This document shows, piece by piece, positions 20,013 through 31,198 of a stretch of DNA of 40,000 nt (within the stretch, counting starts at the first letter, position 1; each line of letters starts with the position of its first letter). Origin of the DNA: Citrobacter amalonaticus (lineage in GTDB: Bacteria; Pseudomonadota; Gammaproteobacteria; Enterobacterales; Enterobacteriaceae); contig NZ_JBALIF010000003.1 of NCBI RefSeq assembly GCF_037053465.1, positions 98,017 to 138,016 on the forward strand. The letters run 5' to 3'. A program made the position numbers and the translations under genes. The notes beneath the pieces are model-generated. The model was given only the letters and a program-made list of their open reading frames with translations. It was not told the origin of the DNA and made no database searches.

Positions 20013-21236
20013 TTATCCCCGTATATCTGCAATAAATTGACTCAGCACGTTCTCTTTATCGAGCGTGCGTTCGGCATATTCACGTGCCACCGTGTTCACT
20101 TTTGGCATGACAAGCGCCTGTTCAATGCCACAGACCAGCGCCGGGACCGATTCCGGCTCCACGCAAACCGCGATCCCCGGATAGCTGTCGCACAACTGGC
20201 CTAATTCAGTTTCGGCTTCTGCCGTAATCACCGCGTTACCACCCACGGCCAGAATATTGGTCAGCTTGGATGGCAGGACCGCATCCGCCGCGCCGCGCTT
20301 TTGCACCACCAAATGGCAGTCGCCCATTTTCAGTAGCGCAGGCAAGGCGTCGTAAGACTGAAGTGGGAAAAATCTCACGTTGGTCAGGCCGCGTTCGCTT
20401 GCCATCTTCTCCAGCCGGGCTTTGCCACCGCCTTGTCCGACGATGGCGAAAATCAGCGGCTGCGCCTGCAGTTGTTCCGCTGCGACAATCACATTTTCCA
20501 GCCCCTGCTTCTCACCAATATTGCCGGAGTAAAGAATGATTTTTTTGTCGTCCGGCAGGCCAAGCTGTTGGCGTAATGCGGTGACATCGTCATCGTTAAC
20601 CTGCTGAAAACGCGCCACTTCCGACCAGTTCGGGAAGAAGATCACCTTCTCTGCCGGAACGCCTTTCTCCTGCGCTTTGTTCATCATTGAGCGCGAGATG
20701 GTGGAGACATAATCCACGTTATGCAGACCGCTGCGTTCAAAGGCGCTGGCAAGCTTCGCGACCTTACCGCCTTTACTTTTGCCCGCCATTCCGAGCCCCA
20801 GCATGGCGTCAACTTCATAATCCTGGATGTGCAGCAACGTGCGGGCACCGGAGAGTTTTGCCAGCATTCGCATCCCCGGCGTGCAAAACAGCGTTGGCAC
20901 CACGCCAATAATGCGATCCGGCTTCCAGCGACGCTGCGCCATCAGCGGGAAAAAGCTGCTCAGGGCAAAGCTGCCCAGATGCAGTAAGCGCTTCAGGGTG
21001 GATGGCTGCTTCGGCACATACAGCGGGCAGCGCCAGACGGTGGCGTTCCCCTCTTCCCGACGGTAGCGCCAGGCGGAGTAACGCTCGCCCACTTTCCACT
21101 GCGGGTAGTACGGCGGCGCGGTGATAACCCGCACGTCATGTCCCTGGCGCGCCATCCACTCCACCATTTCGCCAGTGTATTTGCCGATACCAGTAAGCTC
21201 TGGCGAGTAGTTGATGCCATAAACGAGGATCTTCAT
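20013..21236 (-). CDS. wcaI: Colanic acid glycosyltransferase WcaI (GT4)
   Basis: 407 aa. [47 protein letters not shown] is the typical WcaI N-terminus. It overlaps the gmm stop by ATGA (21233-21236). Confidence 0.9.
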   Translation of the reverse strand: MKILVYGINYSPELTGIGKYTGEMVEWMARQGHDVRVITAPPYYPQWKVGERYSAWRYRREEGNATVWRCPLYVPKQPSTLKRLLHLGSFALSSFFPLMAQRRWKPDRIIGVVPTLFCTPGMRMLAKLSGARTLLHIQDYEVDAMLGLGMAGKSKGGKVAKLASAFERSGLHNVDYVSTISRSMMNKAQEKGVPAEKVIFFPNWSEVARFQQVNDDDVTALRQQLGLPDDKKIILYSGNIGEKQGLENVIVAAEQLQAQPLIFAIVGQGGGKARLEKMASERGLTNVRFFPLQSYDALPALLKMGDCHLVVQKRGAADAVLPSKLTNILAVGGNAVITAEAETELGQLCDSYPGIAVCVEPESVPALVCGIEQALVMPKVNTVAREYAERTLDKENVLSQFIADIRG

Positions 21237-21712
21237 AGCCCCGGCACCTTAGCCTGCTGTTGTGGCAAAAAATACGCGCGCGTGTTGTCGTGAACGTTGT
21301 CGCTCGCCAGCAGCGCCGCAGGCGTCAGCCAGCGATACGCATCGTGCTGCGCGTCAGGCAATTGCAGTTCGCTTTCCTGCACGCGCAGGCGAAAACCAAG
21401 CACGATGTAGTGGGTAGAGAAATCCTCACCGGAAAAGTTGTCGTCATAGAAGTGCTGCCAGACACCATAAAATTCCCCGGCAGAGAGCGGTAAACGGATA
21501 CCCAGTTCGGCCTGGGTCAGGCGTTCGAAGGCCGCATGCAGCGCCTCATCTTTTTGCACCCGACCGCCAGGCACAAACCAGTAGCCCTGCGCCGGGCGGT
21601 TTAGCCGTTTACCGAGCAGAAATTCCTCCTGCGCGTTTTCCACCAACAAATCAATGGAAATCAGCGGCGTCGAGCGAACGACGGTGGCGAAATCTTCCTG
21701 ACGTAAAAACAT
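21233..21712 (-). CDS. gmm: GDP-mannose mannosyl hydrolase (Nudix)
   Basis: 159 aa with a Nudix-type box ([23 protein letters not shown]), at the syntenic position between fcl and wcaI. Confidence 0.9.
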   Translation of the reverse strand: MFLRQEDFATVVRSTPLISIDLLVENAQEEFLLGKRLNRPAQGYWFVPGGRVQKDEALHAAFERLTQAELGIRLPLSAGEFYGVWQHFYDDNFSGEDFSTHYIVLGFRLRVQESELQLPDAQHDAYRWLTPAALLASDNVHDNTRAYFLPQQQAKVPGL

Positions 21713-21714
21713 GC

Positions 21715-22680
21715 TTACCCCCGGAACCGATGCTGATTCTCAAGGAACCACTGGTAAGTGCTGGCAAGGCCCGCCTCCAGGGTTATCTCGTGATACCAGC
21801 CCAACTGGTGCAAACGCGTCACATCCAGCAGCTTGCGCGGCGCTCCATCCGGCTTTGTGGCATCGAACACCACGCGACCTTTGTAGCCCACCACCTGGGC
21901 GAGGGTTTGTGCCAGTTCGCGAATGGTGCAATCCACGCCCGTTCCGACGTTAATATGTGACAGCATAGGCTGGGTGTTTTCCCGCCAGACTTCACTGTCC
22001 ATTTCCATTACATGAATGCTGGCCGCCGCCATGTCGTCGACGTGCAGGAATTCACGCATCGGCGTTCCACTGCCCCACACCACCACATCCGGCGCATTCT
22101 GCACGGTGGCTTCGTGAAAACGTCGCAGCAGCGCAGGGATCACGTGCGAGTTGCTGGGGTGAAAGTTATCGTGCGGTCCGTACAGGTTGGTCGGCATCAC
22201 GGAGCGGTAGTCGCGACCATACTGGCGGTTATAGGACTCGCACAGTTTGATGCCGGCAATTTTGGCAATGGCGTACGGTTCGTTGGTCGGCTCAAGCGAC
22301 CCCTGTAACAGTTCGCTTTCCGCCATCGGCTGTTTCGCCAGCTTCGGATAAATGCAGGAGGAGCCGAGGAACAGCAGCTTATTCACGTCGTGCAGATGCG
22401 CGGCGTGAATGATATTGCTCTCCATCATCATGTTTTCAAAGATGAAGTCTGCCGGGTACGTATTGTTGGCGATAATGCCGCCCACCTTCGCCGCCGCCAG
22501 ATAAACCTGGTCGATGCGTTCCGTGGCAAAGAAATCCCGTACCGCTTTACTGTCCAGCAGGTTCAGCTCATCGCGGGTGCGCACGACCAGTTCCACATCA
22601 CCGCGCTGTTCGAGCTGGCGGAGGATCGCGGAACCCACCATTCCGCGATGACCGGCAATAAAAATTCGTTGTTTGCTCAT
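21715..22680 (-). CDS. fcl: GDP-L-fucose synthase
   Basis: 321 aa. [23 protein letters not shown]...SSCIYPK...YAIAKIAG is the SDR signature of Fcl/WcaG. Confidence 0.95.
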   Translation of the reverse strand: MSKQRIFIAGHRGMVGSAILRQLEQRGDVELVVRTRDELNLLDSKAVRDFFATERIDQVYLAAAKVGGIIANNTYPADFIFENMMMESNIIHAAHLHDVNKLLFLGSSCIYPKLAKQPMAESELLQGSLEPTNEPYAIAKIAGIKLCESYNRQYGRDYRSVMPTNLYGPHDNFHPSNSHVIPALLRRFHEATVQNAPDVVVWGSGTPMREFLHVDDMAAASIHVMEMDSEVWRENTQPMLSHINVGTGVDCTIRELAQTLAQVVGYKGRVVFDATKPDGAPRKLLDVTRLHQLGWYHEITLEAGLASTYQWFLENQHRFRG

Positions 22681-22682
22681 TC

Positions 22683-23804
22683 TCAGGACTCCAGCGCGAT
22701 GGCGACCTCGTAGCCATGAGATTTCAGCAAGGAGTGTTTCTTCGCCGCTTCCAGATCTTTTGCCACCATCTCACAGACCATCTCCTGCAACGTAATTTCT
22801 GGTTTCCAGCCCAGCTTCTCATGCGCTTTGCTCGGGTCACCCAGCAGGGTTTCCACTTCCGCCGGACGGAAATAACGCGGGTCAACGGCGACAATAACGT
22901 CACCCGGTTTCACGCCCGGCGCATCATGACCGGTCACAGAAACCACAATGCCTTTCTCTTCCACACCTTCACCTTCAAAGCGCAGTTTGATCCCTAGTTG
23001 CGCGGCGGCCATTTCAACAAACTGGCGCACGGAGTACTGCACACCGGTGGCGATAACGAAATCTTCCGGCTGTTCCTGTTGCAGCATCATCCACTGCATT
23101 TTGACGTAATCTTTTGCATGGCCCCAGTCACGCAAAGAGTCCATGTTGCCGAGATACAGGCAGGATTCCAGGCCCTGTGCGATGTTGGCGATCGCGCGGG
23201 TGATTTTACGGGTGACGAAGGTTTCGCCTCGGCGCGGGGACTCGTGGTTGAACAGAATGCCGTTACAGGCATAGATGCCATAGGATTCGCGATAGTTGAC
23301 GGTTATCCAGTACGCGTACAGCTTAGCGACAGCATATGGCGAGCGCGGGTAAAACGGCGTGGTCTCTTTCTGCGGGATTTCCTGCACCAGACCGTACAGT
23401 TCAGAGGTCGATGCCTGATAGAAGCGGGTTTTCTTCTCCAGCCCGAGGAAGCGAATCGCTTCCAGCAGGCGCAGTGTCCCCATGGCATCGACATCGGCGG
23501 TGTATTCCGGCGATTCGAAGGAAACGGCGACGTGGCTCATCGCGCCCAGGTTGTAGACCTCATCCGGCTGCACTTCCTGCAAAATACGGGTCAGGTTGGA
23601 GGAATCCGTCAGATCACCATAATGCAGATGGAATTTCGGGTTGCTTGCGTGCGGATCCTGATAGATGTGATCGACACGCTCGGTGTTAAATGATGATGCA
23701 CGACGCTTGATACCATGAACTTCATACCCTTTTTCCAGCAGAAGTTCCGCCAGGTAAGAACCGTCTTGCCCGGTTACACCGGTGATGAGCGCGACTTTTG
23801 ACAT
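22683..23804 (-). CDS. gmd: GDP-mannose 4,6-dehydratase
   Basis: 373 aa. [48 protein letters not shown] is near-identical to enterobacterial Gmd. Confidence 0.95.
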   Translation of the reverse strand: MSKVALITGVTGQDGSYLAELLLEKGYEVHGIKRRASSFNTERVDHIYQDPHASNPKFHLHYGDLTDSSNLTRILQEVQPDEVYNLGAMSHVAVSFESPEYTADVDAMGTLRLLEAIRFLGLEKKTRFYQASTSELYGLVQEIPQKETTPFYPRSPYAVAKLYAYWITVNYRESYGIYACNGILFNHESPRRGETFVTRKITRAIANIAQGLESCLYLGNMDSLRDWGHAKDYVKMQWMMLQQEQPEDFVIATGVQYSVRQFVEMAAAQLGIKLRFEGEGVEEKGIVVSVTGHDAPGVKPGDVIVAVDPRYFRPAEVETLLGDPSKAHEKLGWKPEITLQEMVCEMVAKDLEAAKKHSLLKSHGYEVAIALES

Positions 23805-23815
23805 TGTATTACCTC

Positions 23816-24382
23816 TTAATTGATCCCATGAGGGTGTAACGTTGTAACGCGTTCACGCGTTGCCACTGCGGGATTGCCCCGGCAAATCGCGTTTGCCGGT
23901 AGCGACTTAAAAACACTGCTACGCGCACCGACCACGGTGCCATCGCCTATCGTGACGCCTGGCGCCACAAACACATCCGTTGCCAGCCAGCATTTCTCGC
24001 CAATCACAATCGGGCTGGCGTTAATATCGAAATGGGGACTGGTATGATCGTGACTACCGGTACACAAATAACTCTTTTGTGAAACCACCGCATGGGCGCC
24101 AATCGTAATATCGCCCAGCGTATATAAATTGACGTCATCGCCGACCCACGCATAATCCCCAATGGTTAATTTCCAGGGATAAGTAATTTTGACGGAAGGA
24201 CGAATGACTACGTTTTTTCCTATTTTTGCGCCGAACAGACGGAGCAAAAAAGCGCGCCAGCGATATAACACCTGTGGCGACCAGGCAAATAATGTGGCCT
24301 GCACCGCCCACCACAATTGCACTTTAATTGCATTGCCGCCCCGGAACCCTTTCGGCACAGAGAAACCACTGAGATCCTGCAT
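23816..24382 (-). CDS. wcaF: Colanic acid O-acetyltransferase WcaF (hexapeptide-repeat)
   Basis: 188 aa with the left-handed beta-helix acetyltransferase pattern ([27 protein letters not shown]...[13 protein letters not shown]). It is syntenic with wcaF and ends a few residues later than the E. coli protein as I recall it. Confidence 0.9.
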   Translation of the reverse strand: MQDLSGFSVPKGFRGGNAIKVQLWWAVQATLFAWSPQVLYRWRAFLLRLFGAKIGKNVVIRPSVKITYPWKLTIGDYAWVGDDVNLYTLGDITIGAHAVVSQKSYLCTGSHDHTSPHFDINASPIVIGEKCWLATDVFVAPGVTIGDGTVVGARSSVFKSLPANAICRGNPAVATRERVTTLHPHGIN

Positions 24383-24398
24383 AATGAACTCTTATATT

Positions 24399-25145
24399 TC
24401 AGGCTTTGTTATATAAGGCTTTCGTTTTACCGGTTGTACGCAACCGTAATCGCTTCGATAATTCAGCTAAAAAACCTGGCATACGTAATATCTGACGCTG
24501 CACTTTTTTGGCGTCTTCGCATAATTCCAGATTATTCGTCGTTGACACGCCGCCCATGGAAAATTCAGAGACCAGACCGTCGAGTTTTTTGAAGTTATAA
24601 CCTTCTTTATATAATCTGGCGGCCAGCGCATAATCGGATGAAACTTTATATTGCAGGTCATAGCGCCAGACTTTCAGACCCGCTACCGGGAAAAATATCG
24701 CCTGATGGCTGGCGGGCAGGCTGTGATAAATATACCAACCCGGCTTCGCGCGACGTTTTGTTTTATGACCATCGCCAAAATCAAGCAACGCATCGCCGGT
24801 AATCATAACGTCATCTTTTTGTGTCTGGAGTTGACGCACAAAGTGGGCTACATCCGGGTGGAACGTATCGCCGGAATTCAGAAACAGCGCGAACTTACCC
24901 TGGGCCAGAGCAATACCTTTATTCATCGCATCATAGATACCGTTATCCGGCTCGCTGATAAAGCGTAAGTTGTAGTTGCCACAAAGGTTTTCCAGAAATT
25001 CCCGCGTCCCGTCATGAGAGCCGCCATCCACGACGATCCATTCAAACTGGATATCGCTGGCTTTTGCCAGATGCACCAGCGACGCATGGGTTTTGACGAT
25101 GCCGTCCAGGTTGCGAAACGCGACGGTAATAATACTGAGCAGCAT
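24399..25145 (-). CDS. wcaE: Colanic acid glycosyltransferase WcaE (GT2)
   Basis: 248 aa. [23 protein letters not shown]...[10 protein letters not shown] is a GT2 domain. The gene is at the syntenic position. Confidence 0.9.
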   Translation of the reverse strand: MLLSIITVAFRNLDGIVKTHASLVHLAKASDIQFEWIVVDGGSHDGTREFLENLCGNYNLRFISEPDNGIYDAMNKGIALAQGKFALFLNSGDTFHPDVAHFVRQLQTQKDDVMITGDALLDFGDGHKTKRRAKPGWYIYHSLPASHQAIFFPVAGLKVWRYDLQYKVSSDYALAARLYKEGYNFKKLDGLVSEFSMGGVSTTNNLELCEDAKKVQRQILRMPGFLAELSKRLRLRTTGKTKALYNKA

Positions 25146-25158
25146 AGGATTAACCTCA

Positions 25159-26379
25159 TCATACTTTTGTAATATTCAGCGCCTTGCGCAAAATAAACGG
25201 ACAAACGATTAAAAAGGCATATTCCGGGCTAAATATCGAACCGGTAAAAAACAATGATACCGGTGTAAAAAGATAGAGCTGCACCCGGAAATTCCGATTA
25301 TCGCCAAACGCATTGAGCGTCATTTTTAAAACTTTCCCCATGTACCACAGTGTCATTAACACAGCGAACCAGGAAAAATAAATAATCAGCAGATACAAAC
25401 CATTGTCTATTGTTTTCCCGACATCTGCACCGTTAAAGATTCCGAATGATGCAACATATTCATAAAGTGAGCCGAATCTGACTACGCCATCAATATGGGT
25501 CAAAGAATAACCGACCATCACTAACGGACCGACAATGCGATAATAAGAAGACGACCCTTCCGTCCCCAAATCTCCCAGACGCGTAGAAATATACGGAAAG
25601 GCAAATATCACCCCCACTAAAAACACGGCTAATGAGATTATCGCCAGAGGCAGTTTTTTCTTTATCGCATCCTTATTCAGATACTGAAAAGCCCATTCCA
25701 GCAGGTAAAACAAGATAAATGTCATTACCCCTGAAAACGATCCTGATAATATTATTCCTGCCAGAATCATAGCATCGGTTTTAGGCGTTTTGATACCAAA
25801 CTGTTTGATACTGAGCCAAATTGAGATTAACGCCAGAGCAAAAAATGCCGGTTCAAAATAGAGCGCGGTGGTTCGCTTTCCGCCAAACTTAATAAAGTTC
25901 AGAACATAGCTGTTACTGTAAATAAGATACTTCGAAATTGCTTCCATCAGGCTACTGCCGCCGGTCAGGATAATTTGCGCCATTTCCACCGCCGCCAGCA
26001 TGACGACCAGCGCGACCACCAGATAGAAAAAACGCAGAATTTTACGGTAGTTATGCGGCGAAATGGTTTTAAAGCGAATGCTCCAGACCATACCAATGAT
26101 GATCACGATATAGACAAACAGCATCGTCGATGTGACGTACTTGCTGGCATCCAGCGACTGGCCGAACAGCCAGTTAAATGCCGTTAATCCCGCCCCAATT
26201 CCTAAGGCAATCATCAGTTTTTTAATGCTGATGCGCTCGACATACAGCAACAGCAGCACCGGCAGAAAAGTGACAATGGTAATGGGGAAGCTTTCGCCCA
26301 GTTGGGCAATTTTAACGTTGACCAGCAGATAAATAAGCGGCAGCAGCAGATAGCTACAGATTCTGATAGAACGAGACAT
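25159..26379 (-). CDS. wcaD: Colanic acid polymerase WcaD (Wzy-type)
   Basis: The start is set at ATG 26379-26377 ([28 protein letters not shown]), giving 406 aa. It is a multi-spanning membrane protein. The ORF-track start at 26571 adds 64 Arg/Cys-rich residues that overlap the wcaC coding sequence and are not credible. The gene overlaps the wcaC 3' end by 26 nt. Confidence 0.9.
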   Translation of the reverse strand: MSRSIRICSYLLLPLIYLLVNVKIAQLGESFPITIVTFLPVLLLLYVERISIKKLMIALGIGAGLTAFNWLFGQSLDASKYVTSTMLFVYIVIIIGMVWSIRFKTISPHNYRKILRFFYLVVALVVMLAAVEMAQIILTGGSSLMEAISKYLIYSNSYVLNFIKFGGKRTTALYFEPAFFALALISIWLSIKQFGIKTPKTDAMILAGIILSGSFSGVMTFILFYLLEWAFQYLNKDAIKKKLPLAIISLAVFLVGVIFAFPYISTRLGDLGTEGSSSYYRIVGPLVMVGYSLTHIDGVVRFGSLYEYVASFGIFNGADVGKTIDNGLYLLIIYFSWFAVLMTLWYMGKVLKMTLNAFGDNRNFRVQLYLFTPVSLFFTGSIFSPEYAFLIVCPFILRKALNITKV

Positions 26380-27571
26380 ATTCCTCCAGCATCTGTTGAC
26401 CACTGTATGCCGCACGGCTGCGGGCGTGAAATTCGCTGAGCGACGTGCCAAAAACGGCCTGTGCGATCCCGGCTTTGCGCATTTGCACCAGTTGCAGCAC
26501 CTCGTGCGCCGCGAATGTTTTTCCGCCTGACTTGCGCAGCACTTCCTGCGCCGCCTCGCTGTGGGTGGCAATGACGGGCACGCCGATCGACAACGCTTCG
26601 CATAAGATCAGCGGGTAGTTGTCGACGCGGGAACTGAACACCAGCGCGTCCATCTCATTGAGCGCGCTCATCAGCCTGGCTTTGTCGGTTTCGAAGCCGT
26701 GATTCACTACATTGGCCCCGTTAAACGGCGAAAACTTGCCGAAGGTATGCAACTCAATCCTGTCGCCCAGCGCCATCATGTCGTGAACCAGATGCTGGTT
26801 GGTTTTCCCGTCGTAACGCAGATCGTGCGCAACAATCGCTATTTTCGGTTTACCCTGGGTTTCACTGACAGGCGACAACGCCGAGAGAATCGCTTCGGTC
26901 GCCATGTCGATACCGTTATTAATAATGTGACAGCGTCCTGGCCCGTAAAGGCTGTTGAACGCATCGGCGACATGTTGACTTGGCGAGATAAACTGGCAGC
27001 CCAGCGCCAGCATCTGGCGAAATAACTGCCGCTTACCGCTCACCAGTTGATGCGCACGGTCGATTTTGACTGGCGGGTAATTCTCCAGCGTCGGGCATTT
27101 CTGGCAGCCGGATTTCCACCCCTCGCAGCCATCGGTAAACGCACAGCGCCCGGTGACGCTCCAGTGATCGTGCAGCGTCCATACCAGCGTCACATCCGGT
27201 TTGTGATTTTTCACTTTTTCACAAAACGCCACCACATCAGCCAGATTGAGCCAATAGCTGTGCAGGACATGAAAGTGCAGCACCAGCGGGCCAGGCGTGC
27301 GCGTAACCGTCCGGTACAGATTATTCAGGTTGCCAAACAGGTCGCGGTTAAACAGGCGGAACAGCGCGATGTTCGCCACCGACATCAGGCGCGGTGTCTG
27401 TTTGTAAACGTGCGGATACTGGCTATGGCTGACGCTTTTCTTTCCTCCCTTGCCGTAGCCGTAAATGAATTGCGAAGAGAGCCCTTTTTGCAGTGCGCGC
27501 TGATGCAGATCCAATGCCACTCCAGCCGCGCCGCCTTCCGCCAGTCGCACATTAAATTGCAGAATGTTCAT
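26354..27571 (-). CDS. wcaC: Colanic acid glycosyltransferase WcaC (GT4)
   Basis: 405 aa. MNILQFNVRLAEGGAAGVALDLHQRALQKG. It is syntenic and overlaps the wcaB stop by ATGA (27568-27571). Confidence 0.9.
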   Translation of the reverse strand: MNILQFNVRLAEGGAAGVALDLHQRALQKGLSSQFIYGYGKGGKKSVSHSQYPHVYKQTPRLMSVANIALFRLFNRDLFGNLNNLYRTVTRTPGPLVLHFHVLHSYWLNLADVVAFCEKVKNHKPDVTLVWTLHDHWSVTGRCAFTDGCEGWKSGCQKCPTLENYPPVKIDRAHQLVSGKRQLFRQMLALGCQFISPSQHVADAFNSLYGPGRCHIINNGIDMATEAILSALSPVSETQGKPKIAIVAHDLRYDGKTNQHLVHDMMALGDRIELHTFGKFSPFNGANVVNHGFETDKARLMSALNEMDALVFSSRVDNYPLILCEALSIGVPVIATHSEAAQEVLRKSGGKTFAAHEVLQLVQMRKAGIAQAVFGTSLSEFHARSRAAYSGQQMLEEYVSFYQNL

Positions 27572-28056
27572 TTGATTACCTTAACCCGGGCCTTCTCGCC
27601 CACCACCAGCGCGTTGTCCGGAACGCTGTCCAGAACCACGCTCCCCGCGCCAATGGTGACGTTATTTCCGATGGTGATATCACCGAGAACCACCACGTTG
27701 CAGCCCAGCGCTACGCCATTGCCAATGACCGGGCAGGCCAGACTGTCCGTTCCGCGATTCCCTAGCGTGACGCCGTGACGAATGGTGAAATCGTCACCCG
27801 CCACTACGTTTTTGTTAATCACCACGGCATAACCGTGATGAATGGTGAAGCGTCGGCCAATGGTCGCCGCCGCCTGAATTTCATAACCAAACAGGCATTC
27901 CGTGATAACGCGATACAGCACCAGCACCGGCGCGGCCCAGAGATTATTGAGCACGTTTTTTTTACGCCATACCGAGCAAAAATGGGCCACCCGATAGGCC
28001 AGCACCATGCAGCAGGGACGCAGGCTCCAGCTATTCGCGCGAATATCTTCCAGCAT
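27568..28056 (-). CDS. wcaB: Colanic acid O-acetyltransferase WcaB (serine acetyltransferase-like hexapeptide protein)
   Basis: 162 aa with hexapeptide repeats (IHHGYAVVINKNVVAGDDFTIRHGVTLGN...IGNNVTIGAGSVV). Confidence 0.9.
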   Translation of the reverse strand: MLEDIRANSWSLRPCCMVLAYRVAHFCSVWRKKNVLNNLWAAPVLVLYRVITECLFGYEIQAAATIGRRFTIHHGYAVVINKNVVAGDDFTIRHGVTLGNRGTDSLACPVIGNGVALGCNVVVLGDITIGNNVTIGAGSVVLDSVPDNALVVGEKARVKVIK

Positions 28057-28058
28057 CC

Positions 28059-28907
28059 TTAACGTCCCCGCAGCCCGTCCGCCAGACGTTTGCCGTTGCG
28101 TAACGAAAAGAGCGTCAGCAAAGTGCGCCAGGTCATGCGTTTATTGCGGATCTGGTAGAGCGTGAACAACTGATACTTCTTGCTCGCGCGATCGAATTTG
28201 TCCTTGTGTTTGCGGTAGAAGTGGAAGTAACCGGAGAATTTTTTCGGTGACGAGGTGATCTGCATTTCGCCATGATTGATGTGCAGGATTTGTGTAGCCT
28301 CTTCCACCTTCCACGGTTCACCGTACTCCACCACCATCCGCAGGAAGATGTCGTAATCCTGTGCGGCTTTCAGTTCGGTATCGAACAGGCACTCTTTGAA
28401 ACGCCAGGCCCAGGTAAACACCTGATTACCAATGATGTTGCGTTTATAGAACAGACGGCGCGAGTAAGGCGATTTGGGATACAGCGGCAGACTGGCAGGC
28501 TGTGAATACACTTCCCCTTCGCAGACATAGTCATTGGCGTACAAAAACGCATGGGTGAACAGTTGATGCTTATGGGCCAGAAACACGCTCAGGCGGTTTG
28601 GCGTCCACTCATCGTCATCATCAATCCCGGTGATGTACTGCCCTTTCGCCTGCACAATCGCCTGGTTACGCACCGCACAAGCGCCAGCGTTGATTGCATT
28701 GTGCGTGTAGCGCACGCGTGGATCGTTCAGCCCCTCCACAAACTGCTGTAGCTGCTCATAAGAGGAGGAACAATCATCGACGATGATCATCTCCCAGTGA
28801 GGGTAATCCTGGCGCAGCACCGATTTAATCGCCCGAATGGCGAGCTGCTGCCGGTTCCAGGTTGGCATATAAATGGAAATCAATGGTTTGTCTGTTTTCA
28901 TCTTCAT
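28059..28907 (-). CDS. wcaA: Colanic acid glycosyltransferase WcaA (GT2)
   Basis: PLISIYMPTWNRQQLAIRAIKSVLRQDYPHWEMIIVDDCSS...GIDDDDEW is a GT2 domain with a DxD motif. The true start may be the third codon (ATG 28901-28899), which would give 280 aa. Confidence 0.9.
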   Translation of the reverse strand: MKMKTDKPLISIYMPTWNRQQLAIRAIKSVLRQDYPHWEMIIVDDCSSSYEQLQQFVEGLNDPRVRYTHNAINAGACAVRNQAIVQAKGQYITGIDDDDEWTPNRLSVFLAHKHQLFTHAFLYANDYVCEGEVYSQPASLPLYPKSPYSRRLFYKRNIIGNQVFTWAWRFKECLFDTELKAAQDYDIFLRMVVEYGEPWKVEEATQILHINHGEMQITSSPKKFSGYFHFYRKHKDKFDRASKKYQLFTLYQIRNKRMTWRTLLTLFSLRNGKRLADGLRGR

Positions 28908-28938
28908 TTCCCAGGAAGTCTTGCCAGTGGCCCAACGT

Positions 28939-29009
28939 GTAGGCCGGATAAGGCGTTTACGCCGTCATCCGGCAGCTATGCCTGATGACGCTTTGCTTAT
29001 CAGGCCTAC
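28939..29009. repeat. REP pair (BIME) between wzc and wcaA
   Basis: The two palindromes are gtaggccggataaggcgtttacgccgtcatccggca (28939-28974) and gcctgatgacgctttgcttatcaggcctac (28980-29009). Confidence 0.9.
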
Positions 29010-29035
29010 TCAATGAGCAGGCCACTCACGGTTTA

Positions 29036-31198
29036 TTATTTTGTGTCTGACTTATATTCGTACTCGTAGTACCCGTAATCCTGGTAACCGGTCGCACGAC
29101 GGAAGATGGAGTTGAGGATCACCCCTTTCACATGAATGCCGTTTTGCTCAAAGCGGCCAAGGCTGGTTTCCACCTCTTTCAGGGTGTTGACAGCATAGCG
29201 AGCAACCATCAGCGTGGTTCCCGCATGACGCCCGACAATCGCGGCATCGGTCACCGCCAGAATCGGCGGCGTATCGATCAGTACCAGATCGTAGTGGCTG
29301 CTCGCCCAACGCATCAGTTCGCCAAAACGCTCGCTCATTAACAGTTCAGAGGGATTCGGCGGCACCTGACCGCGCGGGACGAGATCAAAGTTTGCAATCG
29401 ACGTCGGTTTCGCGCAGGTTTCGATGTCCCCTTTGCCGCTCAGAATCTCAGAAAGGCCGTTGACGTTATTGGTGCCGAGGAGTTCATGGGTGTAGCCTTT
29501 GCGCATATCACAGTCGATCAGCAGTACACGTTTGTTAGTCTGGCTGATGACCGCCGCCAGGTTGGCGCAGACAAACGTTTTACCGATCGACGGGCTGACC
29601 CCGGTAAGCATCAGTACGTTGTTTTGCGCCTGCATCATGGCGAAGTGGAGACTAGTACGCAGGCTGCGCACCGCTTCAATCGCCAGATCGGTCGGGTTCC
29701 CCACCGCCAGCAGTTGGCTCTGCTTGTAACGTTTAACGCCTTTAATGGTCTTGACGCTATCCCGCGACTTCTGCCATTCCGACAACGGAATGCTGGCGTA
29801 GACGCTGATGCCATTCTCTTCCAGTACCTGCGGGCTTTCGATCCCACGGTTGAGCAGTGAACGCAGCAGCACGCCAACGATGGAGACCATCAGGCCGAGA
29901 ATGATGCTGCCGAGAATAATCAGCGCTTTTTTCGGCTTCAGCACGCCGGGCTGGGCAATAGCCGGGTCGACGATACGGACGTCACCCACGGTGCTGGCCT
30001 CGGTGATCTTCAGCTCCTGCTGTTTGTTCAACAACTGCATGTAAACCTGCTGGCCGGATTCAACGTCACGCGTCAGGCGCACGATCTCCTGCTGCGTTTT
30101 CGGCATTGCCGTCACGCGTCCGTTCAGTTTGGCCTTTTCATCTTCCAGCGCCTGACGCTTTTCCAGCAGCGTGCGGTACGCCGGGTGCGCTTTGGTGAAG
30201 AGTTTCGAGATTTCCGCTTCTTTAAAGGTCAACTCATTAAGCTGCGCGTCGATGTTTACCATTGAGTCCAGCACCGCTTTGGCTTCCAGCGGCAGATCAA
30301 CGGAGTCTTTATCCTGGCGAAACGCGTTCAGTTTGTTCTCCGCCACGTCCAGGCGGTTTCGCACCTCTGGCAGTTGCTTTGCGAGGAAGGCCAGGCTTTT
30401 CGCCGCCTCTTCCGATTTACGCTCAACGTTCTGCTCCAGATAGTTGCGGGTGATGCTGTTGAGAATGTCACGGATTTGATCGCGGTCTTCACCGGTAAAG
30501 CTCAGGCTCAGTACGCCGGTATCTTTCCCGTTTTCCGTCACCGTCAGGTTGTTCTGCAGGTTGTTGATCATCCCCAGCGTGGAGAATTTGGTGACGGTAA
30601 ATTCGGTCTCCGGACGTGCGTGAATCGCGCTAACCACCATGGTGATCCCGTCTTTATTCAGCGTCTGCCCCACCTGCCCACGCGCGCTAAAACCGCCGTC
30701 GCTGTTCAGTTCATAGCGTTTATCGCTCAGTACCTTTAGCGTGAAGGTTTGTTCGTTCATGCCCTTTGGCAACGTAAAGGTGGTGACTTTCACCGATTCG
30801 TTCTGACGGCCCATCAGCCGCTCCCAGCCGGCACCGAACAGCGGAAAGGTGTTTTTGCTGACCGAGATATCCAGGTCGAGATCGTCCACCGTTTTGCCTA
30901 ACACCAGACGGGACTGAATCAACTGAATTTCCGCTTCTGAGGCGGGCGGTTTGTTGGATAACGCGGAGCCGATATCCTGCACCAGCGAGTTGCCGGAGTT
31001 TTGCTCAATCTGCACCAGCGCATCGGCACTGTAGATGGGGGTCGCGAAGAACGTATAAATCACCGCGCAAAGTGCAAAGACTGCGGTAATGCCCAGCACC
31101 CACCAGCGTGCCTCAATAACGGTTCCCACCAGACGGCCGATATCGATTTCATCGTTGCCGGTTACCGGAGCGGCAGACTGTTTTACTTTTTCTGTCAT
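29036..31198 (-). CDS. wzc: Tyrosine autokinase / polysaccharide co-polymerase Wzc
   Basis: The start is set at ATG 31198-31196 (MTEKVKQSAAPVTGNDEIDIGRL), giving 720 aa. It has a Walker A motif (GVSPSIGKT) and a C-terminal Tyr cluster (YQDYGYYEYEYK). It overlaps the wzb stop by 1 nt (TAATG). Confidence 0.95.
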   Translation of the reverse strand: MTEKVKQSAAPVTGNDEIDIGRLVGTVIEARWWVLGITAVFALCAVIYTFFATPIYSADALVQIEQNSGNSLVQDIGSALSNKPPASEAEIQLIQSRLVLGKTVDDLDLDISVSKNTFPLFGAGWERLMGRQNESVKVTTFTLPKGMNEQTFTLKVLSDKRYELNSDGGFSARGQVGQTLNKDGITMVVSAIHARPETEFTVTKFSTLGMINNLQNNLTVTENGKDTGVLSLSFTGEDRDQIRDILNSITRNYLEQNVERKSEEAAKSLAFLAKQLPEVRNRLDVAENKLNAFRQDKDSVDLPLEAKAVLDSMVNIDAQLNELTFKEAEISKLFTKAHPAYRTLLEKRQALEDEKAKLNGRVTAMPKTQQEIVRLTRDVESGQQVYMQLLNKQQELKITEASTVGDVRIVDPAIAQPGVLKPKKALIILGSIILGLMVSIVGVLLRSLLNRGIESPQVLEENGISVYASIPLSEWQKSRDSVKTIKGVKRYKQSQLLAVGNPTDLAIEAVRSLRTSLHFAMMQAQNNVLMLTGVSPSIGKTFVCANLAAVISQTNKRVLLIDCDMRKGYTHELLGTNNVNGLSEILSGKGDIETCAKPTSIANFDLVPRGQVPPNPSELLMSERFGELMRWASSHYDLVLIDTPPILAVTDAAIVGRHAGTTLMVARYAVNTLKEVETSLGRFEQNGIHVKGVILNSIFRRATGYQDYGYYEYEYKSDTK

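Noticed and set aside
25159-26571. N-terminally extended ORF-track models: wcaD at 470 aa, manB at 492 aa (to 18528), wzc at 732 aa (to 31234), wcaJ at 474 aa (to 17026), dcd at 211 aa (to 37610), rmlB at 372 aa (to 8405), and rmlA and galF with short extensions
   Set aside because: The extensions overlap upstream genes or REP elements, are compositionally odd (Arg/Cys-rich), and precede internal Met or Val codons that reproduce the canonical N-termini and lengths of the known proteins. The shorter models are used in the feature table.
26214-26603. 129-aa minus-strand ORF overlapping the wcaC 3' end and the wcaD 5' end in a third frame
   Set aside because: It is an Arg/Cys/Ala-rich alternative frame of two well-supported genes, with no independent start context. 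It is treated as a spurious overlap.
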